A DNA stretch of 64,000 bases from Candidatus Omnitrophota bacterium. GTDB lineage: Bacteria; Omnitrophota; Gorgyraeia; Gygaellales; Profunditerraquicolaceae. Location: NCBI GenBank assembly GCA_003598025.1, contig QZKH01000003.1:234048-298047 (forward strand), given 5' to 3'. This document shows, piece after piece, positions 48,980-58,748 of the stretch (positions are counted from its first letter, which is position 1; each line of letters starts with the position of its first letter). The position numbers and the translations under genes are program-made. Under the pieces are notes generated by a model. That model saw only the letters and a list, made by a program, of their open reading frames with translations, did not search any database and had not been told where the DNA came from.

Positions 48980-50827
48980 CTAAACCGGGTCCATGTCTAT
49001 GGTTATTATTATACCTGAATGAGAAACTTTTTTTAAGCATCTTTTTATCAAGGCAGACATCGCCAATGGCCTGCTTCCTTTTGTAACTATATTCCAGTAG
49101 AAATTGCCCCTTATCTTAAATGGCTGCGCCTGCTTTAACGATAACACCTCTAAGCTTCTGCCATCAGTTTCTTTGGTAATAACCTCAAAAAACCGGTTAG
49201 CGCAATCAGAGACTTTATTTTCATCGGGGGAACGTAATTTTATTACAGCTAAATGCTTATAAGGCGGAAACCCCAGCTGTTTTCTGAAATCCATCTCAGG
49301 TAAGATAAACTCTTCGGGATTATTATTTTTTAAAGACTTAAAAACATAATGTCCCGGCATAGAAGTTTGGATGATCATTTTAGCCGTGCACAAATTTAGC
49401 AGCCCCCGCAATAATAATAATGTTTTTTCTGCAGAGCGGAAATCTATCCTGCTTAACATGCTATCAATATTTAACACACATACCAAGTCAAATTTTTTGC
49501 TGTCTAAGCTTAAAATATTTTTATTTGCGATAACAATGTCTGCATAGCTTGAGCCTGCTTCTTGTGCATGCTCAAGCTTTACGATCCTGGCTCTGGGAAA
49601 AAGCCTGTATATCTGGCTTTCTACTTTTTCAATGCCTATGCCTTCATATCTTATGTAATCCGAGTTGCATTGAGGGCAAAGCCTAGGAGCGGCGATACTA
49701 TAATTACAATAGCTGCAGCTTAAGATGTTTTTCTCGTAGTAATATACCAGGTTTACGCTGCACCTCGGGCACTCAAGCTCATAGCCGCACTTTAAACAAC
49801 TTCCATAAGATGCAAAACCTTTCTTATCAAAATATACCAGCACGCTGCCTTTGTTGCTTAGAGTCGAATCAATTACTCCTTGTAAGTACCTGGAAATCTG
49901 CTCTGTTTTCTTCGTGTTACCCTTAAAATAAGTCCTATCGTCTAAGATGAAGATATCCCTGACAGCCTGCTCAACGGCAACTTCATTAAAATCAATATTC
50001 TTATCTCTACTTAACAAAACTGTTTCGAGTGGCCTTGCTACTGAGCCCAAAATCAAACTTGTGCCATTTAATTTTGCCCTCATAATTGCCACCTGGCGTC
50101 CGCTATAATGAGGCACCTGATCCTGCTTATACACATAGTCAGTTTCTTCATCAATTATAATCAATCCTTGATTTTGAAGTGGCGCAAATACCGCGGAACG
50201 CGTTCCTACGATAATATTTACTTCTCTATTCCTGATCTTCAGCCATTCCCGAAGCTCTGATGGGCTTTTTCTAAACAATGTTGAAATCACGGCATTAGGT
50301 ATTTCCGCAGCCCTCTCTTTGAACCTGGCGACCTTTAAAATATCCGGCAGCAAAATCAATGCCTGCTTACCTAAATCAATACATTTTCTTAACTCATTTA
50401 AATAAAAATCCCAGCGCCCCTGTCGATCTGCGTTAATCAATGAAGTGATACTGGCCCTTGAGGTTTTAGGCAGATTTTCCTGAGCCTTTCCCAACTCAAG
50501 CCCTTTCTTGCAGCTTCTTGACTGCCAAGGCAAAGCTGTATCAATAACCTCACCCCACGAACAACAGTAATACTGCGATACCAATTTTGTAAGCCGTAAT
50601 AATTCCTTGCTTAATATAGGGGCATCATCAAGCAAACTTATTATAGGTTTAACGTTCTTTATTGAACTTTGTTTTGATACCCCGACAATATAACCGACGC
50701 ATTTCCTGGCTCCGAATGTAACTAACGCCCTCATGCCTGGGACAACACGGGGCACGAATGCAGCCGGAACCGAATAATCAAATGGACCGTCAACCGGAAT
50801 AGGTATTACTATTTTAACGTATAACAT
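48980..50827 (-). CDS. priA: primosomal protein N' (PriA) with degenerate helicase motifs I/III/VI
   Basis: 615 aa. Has the PriA 3'BD N-terminus, DEET Walker B (IIIDEETDYVYKQDQ) and a Cys-rich zinc-binding region (CLKCG...CPRC...CSYC...CPQC). The Walker A position reads ADRQGRWDFYL instead of GxxGSGKTEVYL. Confidence 0.8.
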   Translation of the reverse strand: MLYVKIVIPIPVDGPFDYSVPAAFVPRVVPGMRALVTFGARKCVGYIVGVSKQSSIKNVKPIISLLDDAPILSKELLRLTKLVSQYYCCSWGEVIDTALPWQSRSCKKGLELGKAQENLPKTSRASITSLINADRQGRWDFYLNELRKCIDLGKQALILLPDILKVARFKERAAEIPNAVISTLFRKSPSELREWLKIRNREVNIIVGTRSAVFAPLQNQGLIIIDEETDYVYKQDQVPHYSGRQVAIMRAKLNGTSLILGSVARPLETVLLSRDKNIDFNEVAVEQAVRDIFILDDRTYFKGNTKKTEQISRYLQGVIDSTLSNKGSVLVYFDKKGFASYGSCLKCGYELECPRCSVNLVYYYEKNILSCSYCNYSIAAPRLCPQCNSDYIRYEGIGIEKVESQIYRLFPRARIVKLEHAQEAGSSYADIVIANKNILSLDSKKFDLVCVLNIDSMLSRIDFRSAEKTLLLLRGLLNLCTAKMIIQTSMPGHYVFKSLKNNNPEEFILPEMDFRKQLGFPPYKHLAVIKLRSPDENKVSDCANRFFEVITKETDGRSLEVLSLKQAQPFKIRGNFYWNIVTKGSRPLAMSALIKRCLKKVSHSGIIITIDMDPV

Positions 50828-51905
50828 TAGAAAGGCTGATTGCAGGATTCGGTTTTATTAAGTCTTTCATGTTATCCCTGGCTTCTTTAATCCGCGCAGG
50901 GTTATCTCTTAACAATATCACTAGTTTTTTTAGTTCCTCTGTGTTTTTGGCAGCAAAACCTGCATTTTGAGAAACTATCACTCTTGCGTTGACTGTCTCC
51001 TGGCCGGGGATAGGGCTGATAAACACCGGCACAAGCCTCATGGCGATCAATTCTGAAATAGTCAGCCCACCCGGCTTTGTAATCATCAGGTCAGAAACAG
51101 CCATAAGTTCATAAATATTATTTATAAAAGCAAATATTTTAACCTTAGGGTAATTTTTGGCAATCAAACGCTTGTATAACTTTTTATTATTAGCACAAAC
51201 AACCAGTATTTGCATTTCTCCTTTCAGGGCAAAAACTATATCTTCAATCGGCCCCATTCCGAAAGAACCGGTTGATATCAATACTGTAAAAACATCGTTA
51301 TCTAACCCTATCTTGGCCCTGAGGGAAGATTTATCATAATTATCGTAAAATTCGCCTTTTGCCGGTATACCAAATACATCAATCTTATTTTCAGCTATTC
51401 CCATCCCTGCCAATTCCCGGGATGTGACCTCAGACGCAACTATATAGTTATCGATACAATCATTTAGCCAGAAAGGGTGCACGCCGAAATCAGTTATAAC
51501 CGTAATTACCTTTGCCGCTATTTTACGCTTCTTTTTAAGATGCTCAACTGCGCCTGGAGGAAGAAAATGTGTTGTAATAATATAATCTGGTTGCTCTGAA
51601 ATCATAAATCTTTCAAAACGTATAAAAAATATCCTGTTTATAAACGACTGTATCCTGTTTGTCAGCCTGGCAATACGCTTATTACTGGTCAAGTAAAATA
51701 ATAGCCCCCACAATAAAGGCATATGCGTAACTAAAATAGAGTAGCCGCCTGAATAAACAAATTTATAGAATGAATTTGAATATTCAAGTATATCAACAAT
51801 GGTTATTTGATGAGAGGTAAATTCTTTTTTGAAATGATTGAATACTGCAGTAGCAGCGCTAGCGTGGCCTGCCCCTGCTGAAGCATAAACAATTATTATT
51901 TTCAT
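50814..51905 (-). CDS. GT28-family glycosyltransferase, MGDG-synthase/UgtP-like (diacylglycerol glycosyltransferase)
   Basis: N-terminus KIIIVYASAGAGHASAATAV, typical of the MGDG_synth N-domain, with a GT-B C-terminal domain. The ATG at 51903-51905 was chosen over the upstream ORF-track start. Confidence 0.7.
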   Translation of the reverse strand: MKIIIVYASAGAGHASAATAVFNHFKKEFTSHQITIVDILEYSNSFYKFVYSGGYSILVTHMPLLWGLLFYLTSNKRIARLTNRIQSFINRIFFIRFERFMISEQPDYIITTHFLPPGAVEHLKKKRKIAAKVITVITDFGVHPFWLNDCIDNYIVASEVTSRELAGMGIAENKIDVFGIPAKGEFYDNYDKSSLRAKIGLDNDVFTVLISTGSFGMGPIEDIVFALKGEMQILVVCANNKKLYKRLIAKNYPKVKIFAFINNIYELMAVSDLMITKPGGLTISELIAMRLVPVFISPIPGQETVNARVIVSQNAGFAAKNTEELKKLVILLRDNPARIKEARDNMKDLIKPNPAISLSNVIR

Positions 51906-51910
51906 TGACC

Positions 51911-52453
51911 CTAATTCCTTAAGATGAACCTTGAGGCTTCGTAGAGGTTTTTGAATACAAAATCGGGCTTGACCTGCCAATTCTCGCTGTTAATAAGATT
52001 TTCCTGCCCGGTAAGCACTAGTATGGATGTGCACCCTGAGGATCGAGCAGCCAGAATATCTTTCATGCTATCACCTATGAAATAACTCTTGCTTAGATTA
52101 ATGTTGAATTCTTTCGCTGCTTTTTTTAGGCTGCCAATTTTGGGCTTCCGGCAAGAACAGTCTTCCTCAGGCAAATGGAAACAATAATAAACACGGTCGA
52201 TATCGCCACCGTAAGACCTTATCTCCTCAATCATCTTAGAGGTTATTAAATCTAAATCGGCTTTATCCAGTAAACCTTTGCCAACGCAAGCCTGGTTTGA
52301 GATTATAAAAATCTTAAACCCTGATTTCTTAAGATCGGCGATTGCCTTTTTCACATTGGGAAGAAATTTAAATCCTTTTATGCTCGTTACGTATTTCCCG
52401 TACCCGGGGAACTTATTAATAACGCCGTCCCGGTCAAGAAAAATAGCTCTCAT
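51911..52453 (-). CDS. gmhB: D-glycero-D-manno-heptose 1,7-bisphosphate phosphatase
   Basis: 180 aa HAD-IIIA member with FLDRDGVIN and a Zn-binding CxHx...CxC (CFHLPEEDCSCRKP). Confidence 0.88.
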   Translation of the reverse strand: MRAIFLDRDGVINKFPGYGKYVTSIKGFKFLPNVKKAIADLKKSGFKIFIISNQACVGKGLLDKADLDLITSKMIEEIRSYGGDIDRVYYCFHLPEEDCSCRKPKIGSLKKAAKEFNINLSKSYFIGDSMKDILAARSSGCTSILVLTGQENLINSENWQVKPDFVFKNLYEASRFILRN

Positions 52454-53477
52454 TATCTTTTACCCAATCTATAAGCTTGTTTATGCCGCTTTTGACTGAA
52501 ACTTTTGTATCCCATTTAAGTTCTTTCTTCACTTTTGCGGTATCAGTTATATAAACCTTCTGGTCTGATGGCCTCCAATCGGAAAATTCTGTCTTTGGCC
52601 TTTTGCCGGTAGCACTTTCAAGCTGGTCTAAGAATTCCAGGAGCGATATTGTATTATCGGGACCGCCGCCTATGTTAAACAGCCCTCTTTCTAAATCACT
52701 GTTTATGAATTTATTGAACGCATCAACAAGATCATCTACATACAGCATATCCCGGACCTGTTTACCGTTACCATAAATAGTAATTGGCTTATTGAATAAA
52801 GCAGCGATTATAAACCAGGCAACCCATCCCTGGTCCTCAAAACCGAACTGCCTTGTGCCATATGTACAAGACATGCGGAAAACCGCTGTTTTCATCTTAT
52901 AAATATGGCTATATTCCTGTACATAAAGGTCACCCACAAGCTTAGATACTCCGTAAGGTGTATGCCCCGTAAGGTCCGTAGACATGCTTTCATTGACTCC
53001 TACGACACCGTCATAAATGTATCTTTTCTCCTTTTCAATTAAGGCGATCTTATCAACGTTTTCGCCAAATGTTTTATTGGTTGAGCAATAGACAATAACC
53101 GTATCTTTGGATTTAGCCCTTGCTGCTTCAAGGACATTAAGGGTCCCAAAAGCATTGATGCTAAAATCTTCTTTAGGCATACGCACGCTAGAAGGAACTC
53201 CGGGCTGGCCTGCAGTATGTATTACCACATCAACTCCTTTACCTATTGCCTTTGCCACATCCTTCTCATCCCTGACATCCCCTTTTATAAGTTCAATATT
53301 CTTGAATTGCTGTAAATATTTCCAGTTAAATTCAACCGAATTCTTATCATAACCGAATATTTTAGAACGCATGAGATTATCAAGGACAATAACTTTATTT
53401 TTTGAATTTTGCTTTGAAAAAAACTCCGCACAGTGACTACCCACAAGCCCTGCCCCTCCGGTGACCAATACTCTCAT
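52434..53477 (-). CDS. NAD-dependent sugar-nucleotide epimerase/dehydratase (SDR family)
   Basis: 347 aa with VLVTGGAGLVGSH Rossmann and YxxxK catalytic motifs. CDP-paratose-epimerase-like. Confidence 0.8.
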   Translation of the reverse strand: MRVLVTGGAGLVGSHCAEFFSKQNSKNKVIVLDNLMRSKIFGYDKNSVEFNWKYLQQFKNIELIKGDVRDEKDVAKAIGKGVDVVIHTAGQPGVPSSVRMPKEDFSINAFGTLNVLEAARAKSKDTVIVYCSTNKTFGENVDKIALIEKEKRYIYDGVVGVNESMSTDLTGHTPYGVSKLVGDLYVQEYSHIYKMKTAVFRMSCTYGTRQFGFEDQGWVAWFIIAALFNKPITIYGNGKQVRDMLYVDDLVDAFNKFINSDLERGLFNIGGGPDNTISLLEFLDQLESATGKRPKTEFSDWRPSDQKVYITDTAKVKKELKWDTKVSVKSGINKLIDWVKDNESYFS

Positions 53478-54244
53478 TTCCTTAATCTCCTTTCAGTGAT
53501 TATTTCACGATATTTCAAATAACTTAAGAATTGATATAATGCCGCATTGAAAGCGATCATAAAGCCGATAAAACCGTCTTTATAACCCCTTCTAGTAAAA
53601 TAAGTGCGCATAAACCTGTCATAGCTCCTCCAGAGAAACCTGCCCAGGCGCATAGGCTTGTTTTGCGTAAGCCATTTTCGCGCTTCCCAGCTTGTTTGTT
53701 TATTCAGCTTAGTTATAAAATCTTCAAGGTTTCTATATGAATAATGAATAAGATCTGAATGAAGATGGCCGCAAGCGCCGTCCATAAAAGCCCGGGGATG
53801 CACTGCTGCTTCTTCATATCTGAATTTACTCTTCCTGAATAATTTAAGCTGCCCGCTAGGGTACCACCCCCCATACCTGACCCAGTAATTTCCTATATAA
53901 TTCCTCCTAGGAACAGTAAAACCGTTCTCTTTAGGGTTATCGGACAATTTTTGGGCTATTTCATTTTTTAGCTCGGATGTGACTATTTCATCTGCATCAA
54001 GGCTTAAGACCCATTCATTAGCAGCTTTTGAATAAGCCCAATTCCTATGCGCGCCCTCAACTTCCATTTTCCTAATAAAGATTTTGTCCGTGTACTTGGC
54101 AGCGATTTCTCTGGTATGATCAGTACTCTGGTCATCAACAATGATTATCTCATCAGCCCAAAACACCGAATCAAGGCACCTGGACAATCGCTCTTGTTCA
54201 TTTCTTGTTATCACAACCACAGAAAGCCTGACCTTATCAGTCAT
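53474..54244 (-). CDS. glycosyltransferase family 2
   Basis: 256 aa with a GT-A fold (LSVVVITRNEQERL...DAD motif). Confidence 0.8.
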   Translation of the reverse strand: MTDKVRLSVVVITRNEQERLSRCLDSVFWADEIIIVDDQSTDHTREIAAKYTDKIFIRKMEVEGAHRNWAYSKAANEWVLSLDADEIVTSELKNEIAQKLSDNPKENGFTVPRRNYIGNYWVRYGGWYPSGQLKLFRKSKFRYEEAAVHPRAFMDGACGHLHSDLIHYSYRNLEDFITKLNKQTSWEARKWLTQNKPMRLGRFLWRSYDRFMRTYFTRRGYKDGFIGFMIAFNAALYQFLSYLKYREIITERRLRK

Positions 54245-55359
54245 TAAACAATATCCTTGATTATTCCTGTTACGAATTTAATCTGCTCCTCAGTTATATA
54301 CGGGAACATCGGCAGCGATAATATTTCGTCGCATACTTTCTCAGCAACGGCAAAATCACCTTTCTTATATTTCAAGTGAGCATAAGCCTTTTGTAAATGC
54401 AGCGGTATAGGATAATGAATGATGCTGGAGACGCCTGCATCAGAAAGCGCCCTGTGTATCTGATCTCTCTTTGCCGATCTGATAGCATAAACATGATAGA
54501 TATGTTTTACAGAAGGCAGAGATACTGGGCAAACCACATTTTTGGCACTATTTAATTGGCTGTCATATATTTTAGCAGCTTCCTGCCGAAGGTTGTTCCA
54601 TTTATCAATTCTTTTTAATTTTATCCTAAGCAGCGCTGCCTGGATAGTATCAAGCCTGGAATTGTATCCAATCATGGCATGCTCATATTTGGATATCCTG
54701 CCATAATCTCTTAACATGCATAACTTATCAAATACAGCCTTATTTTTCGTAACCACCATGCCTCCGTCACCCATTGCGCCGAGATTCTTAGAAGGATAAA
54801 AACTGAAACAACCGACATCGCCAATCTCTCCGGCAAACATGCGCCTGCCTTCCGGCATGGTTATACTGGCACCGTGTGCCTGAGCAGCATCCTCAATGAC
54901 TTTTAAATTATGTTTATTGGCCAGTTGCATTATTTTAGGCATATTTGCCGGCTGCCCGTAAAGATGCACTACCATTATCGCCTTTGTTTTACGGGTTATC
55001 GCTTTTTCAATCTTGTTTACATCTATATTATATGTTGCCTCATCGATATCGACAAAAACAGGCTTTGCCCCCGTATAACTTACAGCTAAAGCCGAAGCAA
55101 TAAATGTAAAAGCCGGAACAATAACTTCATCGAGCTGGCCGATATCCAAGCCTTTGAGAGCAAGAAATAAAGCAGCGGTACCTGAGCTCACGCCTAAAGC
55201 GTATGGGCAATTGCAAAAAGCAGCGAATTCCTTTTCGAACTCAACTAAATCCTGGCCCAGGATAAAATCACCCCTGTTGATAACCTTCTCTATCGCCAGA
55301 GATAATTCCCTTTTAATCTCTTCATGCTGTTTACTTAAATCGCAGAATGGTACATTCAC
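54244..55359 (-). CDS. DegT/DnrJ/EryC1/StrS family PLP-dependent sugar aminotransferase
   Basis: 371 aa with a GTG start. Characteristic motifs include SFYPSKNLGAMGDGG. Confidence 0.9.
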   Translation of the reverse strand: MNVPFCDLSKQHEEIKRELSLAIEKVINRGDFILGQDLVEFEKEFAAFCNCPYALGVSSGTAALFLALKGLDIGQLDEVIVPAFTFIASALAVSYTGAKPVFVDIDEATYNIDVNKIEKAITRKTKAIMVVHLYGQPANMPKIMQLANKHNLKVIEDAAQAHGASITMPEGRRMFAGEIGDVGCFSFYPSKNLGAMGDGGMVVTKNKAVFDKLCMLRDYGRISKYEHAMIGYNSRLDTIQAALLRIKLKRIDKWNNLRQEAAKIYDSQLNSAKNVVCPVSLPSVKHIYHVYAIRSAKRDQIHRALSDAGVSSIIHYPIPLHLQKAYAHLKYKKGDFAVAEKVCDEILSLPMFPYITEEQIKFVTGIIKDIV

Positions 55360-56444
55360 ATCAGCCTCCTTACGGCATCAAAAACCTGGTCCACCTGGAT
55401 TGAATCAATGCACTCCTTGCTATGAACGCAATGAGCAAGCTTAAAATCCTTATAACATGGCCGGCAATCCAACTGGCGCTTCAATACTATATGTTCATCG
55501 TTTTTTGGATATGGTCCATAAACAACTTCACTTACCGGGCCAAAGATAGATACTGTCCTGATGTCTAAAGCAACCGCAATATGCAAAGGCCCGCCATCAT
55601 TAGTAACTAAAACCCTGCACCTCTTCAACAATGCCGGAAGATCGGTTAAGCTTACTATGCCCGTAATATCCAAAGCTTTATTACGCATACATGAAAGCAC
55701 CCCGGAAGTAATATCCTTCTCTTCCCGGCTTGCAACAATTATAACCTTAATATTAAATTGGTCAATAATTCTATCTGCCAGCTCTGCAAATTTCTCTGCA
55801 GGCCAGTGTTTTATATACGCATCCTTGCCCCAGCTCTGTCCGGCACCCGGGACTATGCCGATGACTGCTTCATCCGGCCCTATACCGTGGTTTAAAAGCA
55901 GAGAATCGATATTTTGCCGGCTTTCTTTGTTTATCTCCAGGCTCATCCTTTTATCCATAATTTCAATTCCGGATTCTCTGGCTAAATCTATATAATATTC
56001 CACCATATGCTTTTCATTGTAACCTTCAATATCCAAAGAGCGTGTAAAAAAACCCCTTTTCCTCTTAAAGTTATACCCTATTCTCTGCTTTATGTTCATC
56101 AATTTGGCGATTAGGCTGTATCTGTAGTCCAGAGAATAATCAATACAGGTATCGAATTTATATTTTTTTAACGCGCCGATCAAGCTGAATAATTTCTTTA
56201 TGCCAGCCAAAGGGGATTCTTTAAAAATCCTCTTAAGATCGCCTCTATTTAAATCAATTACTGCATCCAAATAAGGATTGGTTTTCAACAGTGCGCCTAC
56301 TCTCTGGTTGCACCAGTAGCCGATAAAACTCTCAGGATATTTCTCCTTTATCCCTTTTAAAACCGGCGTGGTAAATAAAACATCTCCGATACCGAAAGGA
56401 TTTATTATAAGGAATCTCCTGGTATTACCTTTTGAAGTCGTCAT
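55356..56444 (-). CDS. glycosyltransferase family 9 (ADP-heptose:LPS heptosyltransferase-like)
   Basis: GT9 motifs: N-terminal INPFGIGDVLFTTP and C-terminal NDGGPLHIAVAL. Confidence 0.85.
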   Translation of the reverse strand: MTTSKGNTRRFLIINPFGIGDVLFTTPVLKGIKEKYPESFIGYWCNQRVGALLKTNPYLDAVIDLNRGDLKRIFKESPLAGIKKLFSLIGALKKYKFDTCIDYSLDYRYSLIAKLMNIKQRIGYNFKRKRGFFTRSLDIEGYNEKHMVEYYIDLARESGIEIMDKRMSLEINKESRQNIDSLLLNHGIGPDEAVIGIVPGAGQSWGKDAYIKHWPAEKFAELADRIIDQFNIKVIIVASREEKDITSGVLSCMRNKALDITGIVSLTDLPALLKRCRVLVTNDGGPLHIAVALDIRTVSIFGPVSEVVYGPYPKNDEHIVLKRQLDCRPCYKDFKLAHCVHSKECIDSIQVDQVFDAVRRLM

Positions 56445-57819
56445 CAAATCTCTCTATATCATCTTCCTCAAGGTAGCTGCCTGTCTGCACCTCGACGACC
56501 CTAAGGACTGAATTACCGGGATTCTCAAGCCTGTGTTTCTGGCCGATAGGCACATAAATACTGTTGTTTGCTTTTACCACTTTTGCCTTTCCGGAGGTCG
56601 TAACCTTGGCGCATCCGGAAACCACCACCCAATGTTCAGCCCTTTTTGTATGCCTCTGCAGGCTTAATCGTTTCTTAGGATAAATCTGAATAAGCTTTAT
56701 TTTAAAACCAATTCCCTTCTGCAGTACGGTGAATTCTCCCCAGGGCCTTTTTTCCGTTATATGGGATATACATTCTTTACGCCTGCCCACTTTTAACAAA
56801 TCAACTATCTTTTTTACGTCCTGAGCATTATTGTTGTTGCATACTAATATCGCATCCGGCGTATCTGCTATTATCAGGTCGCGCACCCCTACCGCAGATA
56901 TAAACCTTGCCGAGCGGCTAAAAACACTCACCCCCCTGCAATTAAGGCCGAGAAAATCAGCTTTGGAGACATTCCCGCAGGCATCCTTGGGGAGTATTTT
57001 GGTTAAGGCATCCCAGCTGCCAAGATCAGTCCAATAGAAATCAGCCGGCACGAGCACGATCTTCTTTGAAAATGCCATTATACCGTAATCAACAGAGATC
57101 GGCTTAATACTGAACCATTTCTTCCCCACCTGCTCTATCTTCTTTACATCTTTAAATATTTGATACATGTCAGGAAGGAATTTTCTTAGTTCCTCCATAA
57201 AAACAGATGCCTTCCAAATAAAAATCCCGCTATTCCAGAAGAAACGTTTGTCTATCGCATATTTTTTAGCTAAGGCAAATGCCGGCTTTTCAATAAATTT
57301 GCTCACCTTAATACATTTGACCCCTAAGCCACTTAATGGCTTTGCTGTTTTTATATATCCGTAGCCGGTAGATGCGTCTTGGGGCTTGATCCCGATTGTC
57401 ACCATGAAATCTTTCCTGGCGCATTTTATTGCACTTTTTATACAGCTGGAAAATTCCTTTTTGCCGCGGATATAATGATCAGAAGGCAGGACCAACATTA
57501 CCGCTTCCTTATCCTTTGCCAATATCAGGCTGGCGGCAAGTGCGATAGCCGCAGCTGTATTTCTTGCATCCGGCTCAAGCACAATATTAGAATCAGGGAC
57601 TTTCAGCGTCTTTATCTGGCTTTTTAATTCATACAAATAAAGCTTATTGCTTATTATAAATATATTCTCGGGTTCAATTATCCCGCTTAGCCGTATTATG
57701 GTATTCTGAAGCAAAGAATTGTTGCTTAAGACATGCATGAATTGTTTTGGTTCAAGCTCCCTGCTAAAAGGCCAGAACCGTGTTCCTGTGCCACCAGCTA
57801 AAATCACCGCATAATTCAT
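56425..57819 (-). CDS. mannose-1-phosphate guanylyltransferase / mannose-6-phosphate isomerase (bifunctional, cupin C-terminus)
   Basis: 464 aa. N-terminus AVILAGGTGTRFWP, with a C-terminal cupin that has a conserved His/Glu (QRHTKRAEHWVVVSG). Confidence 0.88.
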   Translation of the reverse strand: MNYAVILAGGTGTRFWPFSRELEPKQFMHVLSNNSLLQNTIIRLSGIIEPENIFIISNKLYLYELKSQIKTLKVPDSNIVLEPDARNTAAAIALAASLILAKDKEAVMLVLPSDHYIRGKKEFSSCIKSAIKCARKDFMVTIGIKPQDASTGYGYIKTAKPLSGLGVKCIKVSKFIEKPAFALAKKYAIDKRFFWNSGIFIWKASVFMEELRKFLPDMYQIFKDVKKIEQVGKKWFSIKPISVDYGIMAFSKKIVLVPADFYWTDLGSWDALTKILPKDACGNVSKADFLGLNCRGVSVFSRSARFISAVGVRDLIIADTPDAILVCNNNNAQDVKKIVDLLKVGRRKECISHITEKRPWGEFTVLQKGIGFKIKLIQIYPKKRLSLQRHTKRAEHWVVVSGCAKVTTSGKAKVVKANNSIYVPIGQKHRLENPGNSVLRVVEVQTGSYLEEDDIERFDDDFKR

Positions 57820-58748
57820 AGCGCTAACACCTTTCTTACAGTATTAAAAACTTCTTCTACACTTATATCGGTTAAACTTCCGCCTTCAATTACTATTTTA
57901 TTCTCTGTCCAGGGGCCCCATCTTCTTGGTGCCTTTGAAGGGATATCATTCCTGAATAATGCTATTACTTTTGTCCCGAGGCTTGCCGCTAAATGCATGG
58001 GCCCGCTATCCCCGGATATTAATAAGTCAGCGCCTTTAATTATTTTTGCCAACTCAGGCAAGCTGGTTTTTCCGGTCATATCTGTTATAAGGCTATGCGG
58101 CGACCTGAATAGCCCGCCATACTTATTCAGCTCATCCCTACCGCCGACAATTACAACCTTTTTCTTAATCTCATTTACTATCCTTAAAACAAGCTCCTTA
58201 AACCTCTCCAGAGGCCATTGCTTAATATTATCGCTGGTCCAGGGATGAATTACAATAGTATTGTTGCCGGGAACCGGGCCAATATCAATATGCGAATCAA
58301 AACTTCTGCTTGTGGCACCGATCAAGGAAACCAGCTCAAGATTATATTCGACTTCATGCCTATCTCCGGTATATTTACGGTCAGGGATTTTACGGTTAAG
58401 CAAAAAAGGCCACTTCCGGTCAAACCCTACCCTAACAGGTATCCCGGCAAGAAAGTTTATTAAATTGAGTTCCTGCGAAGGATTAAATACTATACTTATG
58501 TCAAATTTCTTAACTGCAAGTTTTCTGGAGAAATTTAATATTTCGAAAAAACTATGTTTATGGTTATTCCAGGTGATCACCTCCCCGGCTTCATTAATAA
58601 ATCCGGCTAACTCTTTAACATAAGGGTTACAAACCAAAGTTATACCGGCATCGGGAAAAGCTTCCTTTATCGCCCTAATACAGGGAATAATCAGCAAAAA
58701 TTCGCCAAATCGGTCATTACGGAACAATAATATATTTTTCTTAGCCAT
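57816..58748 (-). CDS. glycosyltransferase family 9 (heptosyltransferase-like)
   Basis: 310 aa with a GT9 C-terminal motif (GDSGPMHLAASLG). Confidence 0.85.
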   Translation of the reverse strand: MAKKNILLFRNDRFGEFLLIIPCIRAIKEAFPDAGITLVCNPYVKELAGFINEAGEVITWNNHKHSFFEILNFSRKLAVKKFDISIVFNPSQELNLINFLAGIPVRVGFDRKWPFLLNRKIPDRKYTGDRHEVEYNLELVSLIGATSRSFDSHIDIGPVPGNNTIVIHPWTSDNIKQWPLERFKELVLRIVNEIKKKVVIVGGRDELNKYGGLFRSPHSLITDMTGKTSLPELAKIIKGADLLISGDSGPMHLAASLGTKVIALFRNDIPSKAPRRWGPWTENKIVIEGGSLTDISVEEVFNTVRKVLAL

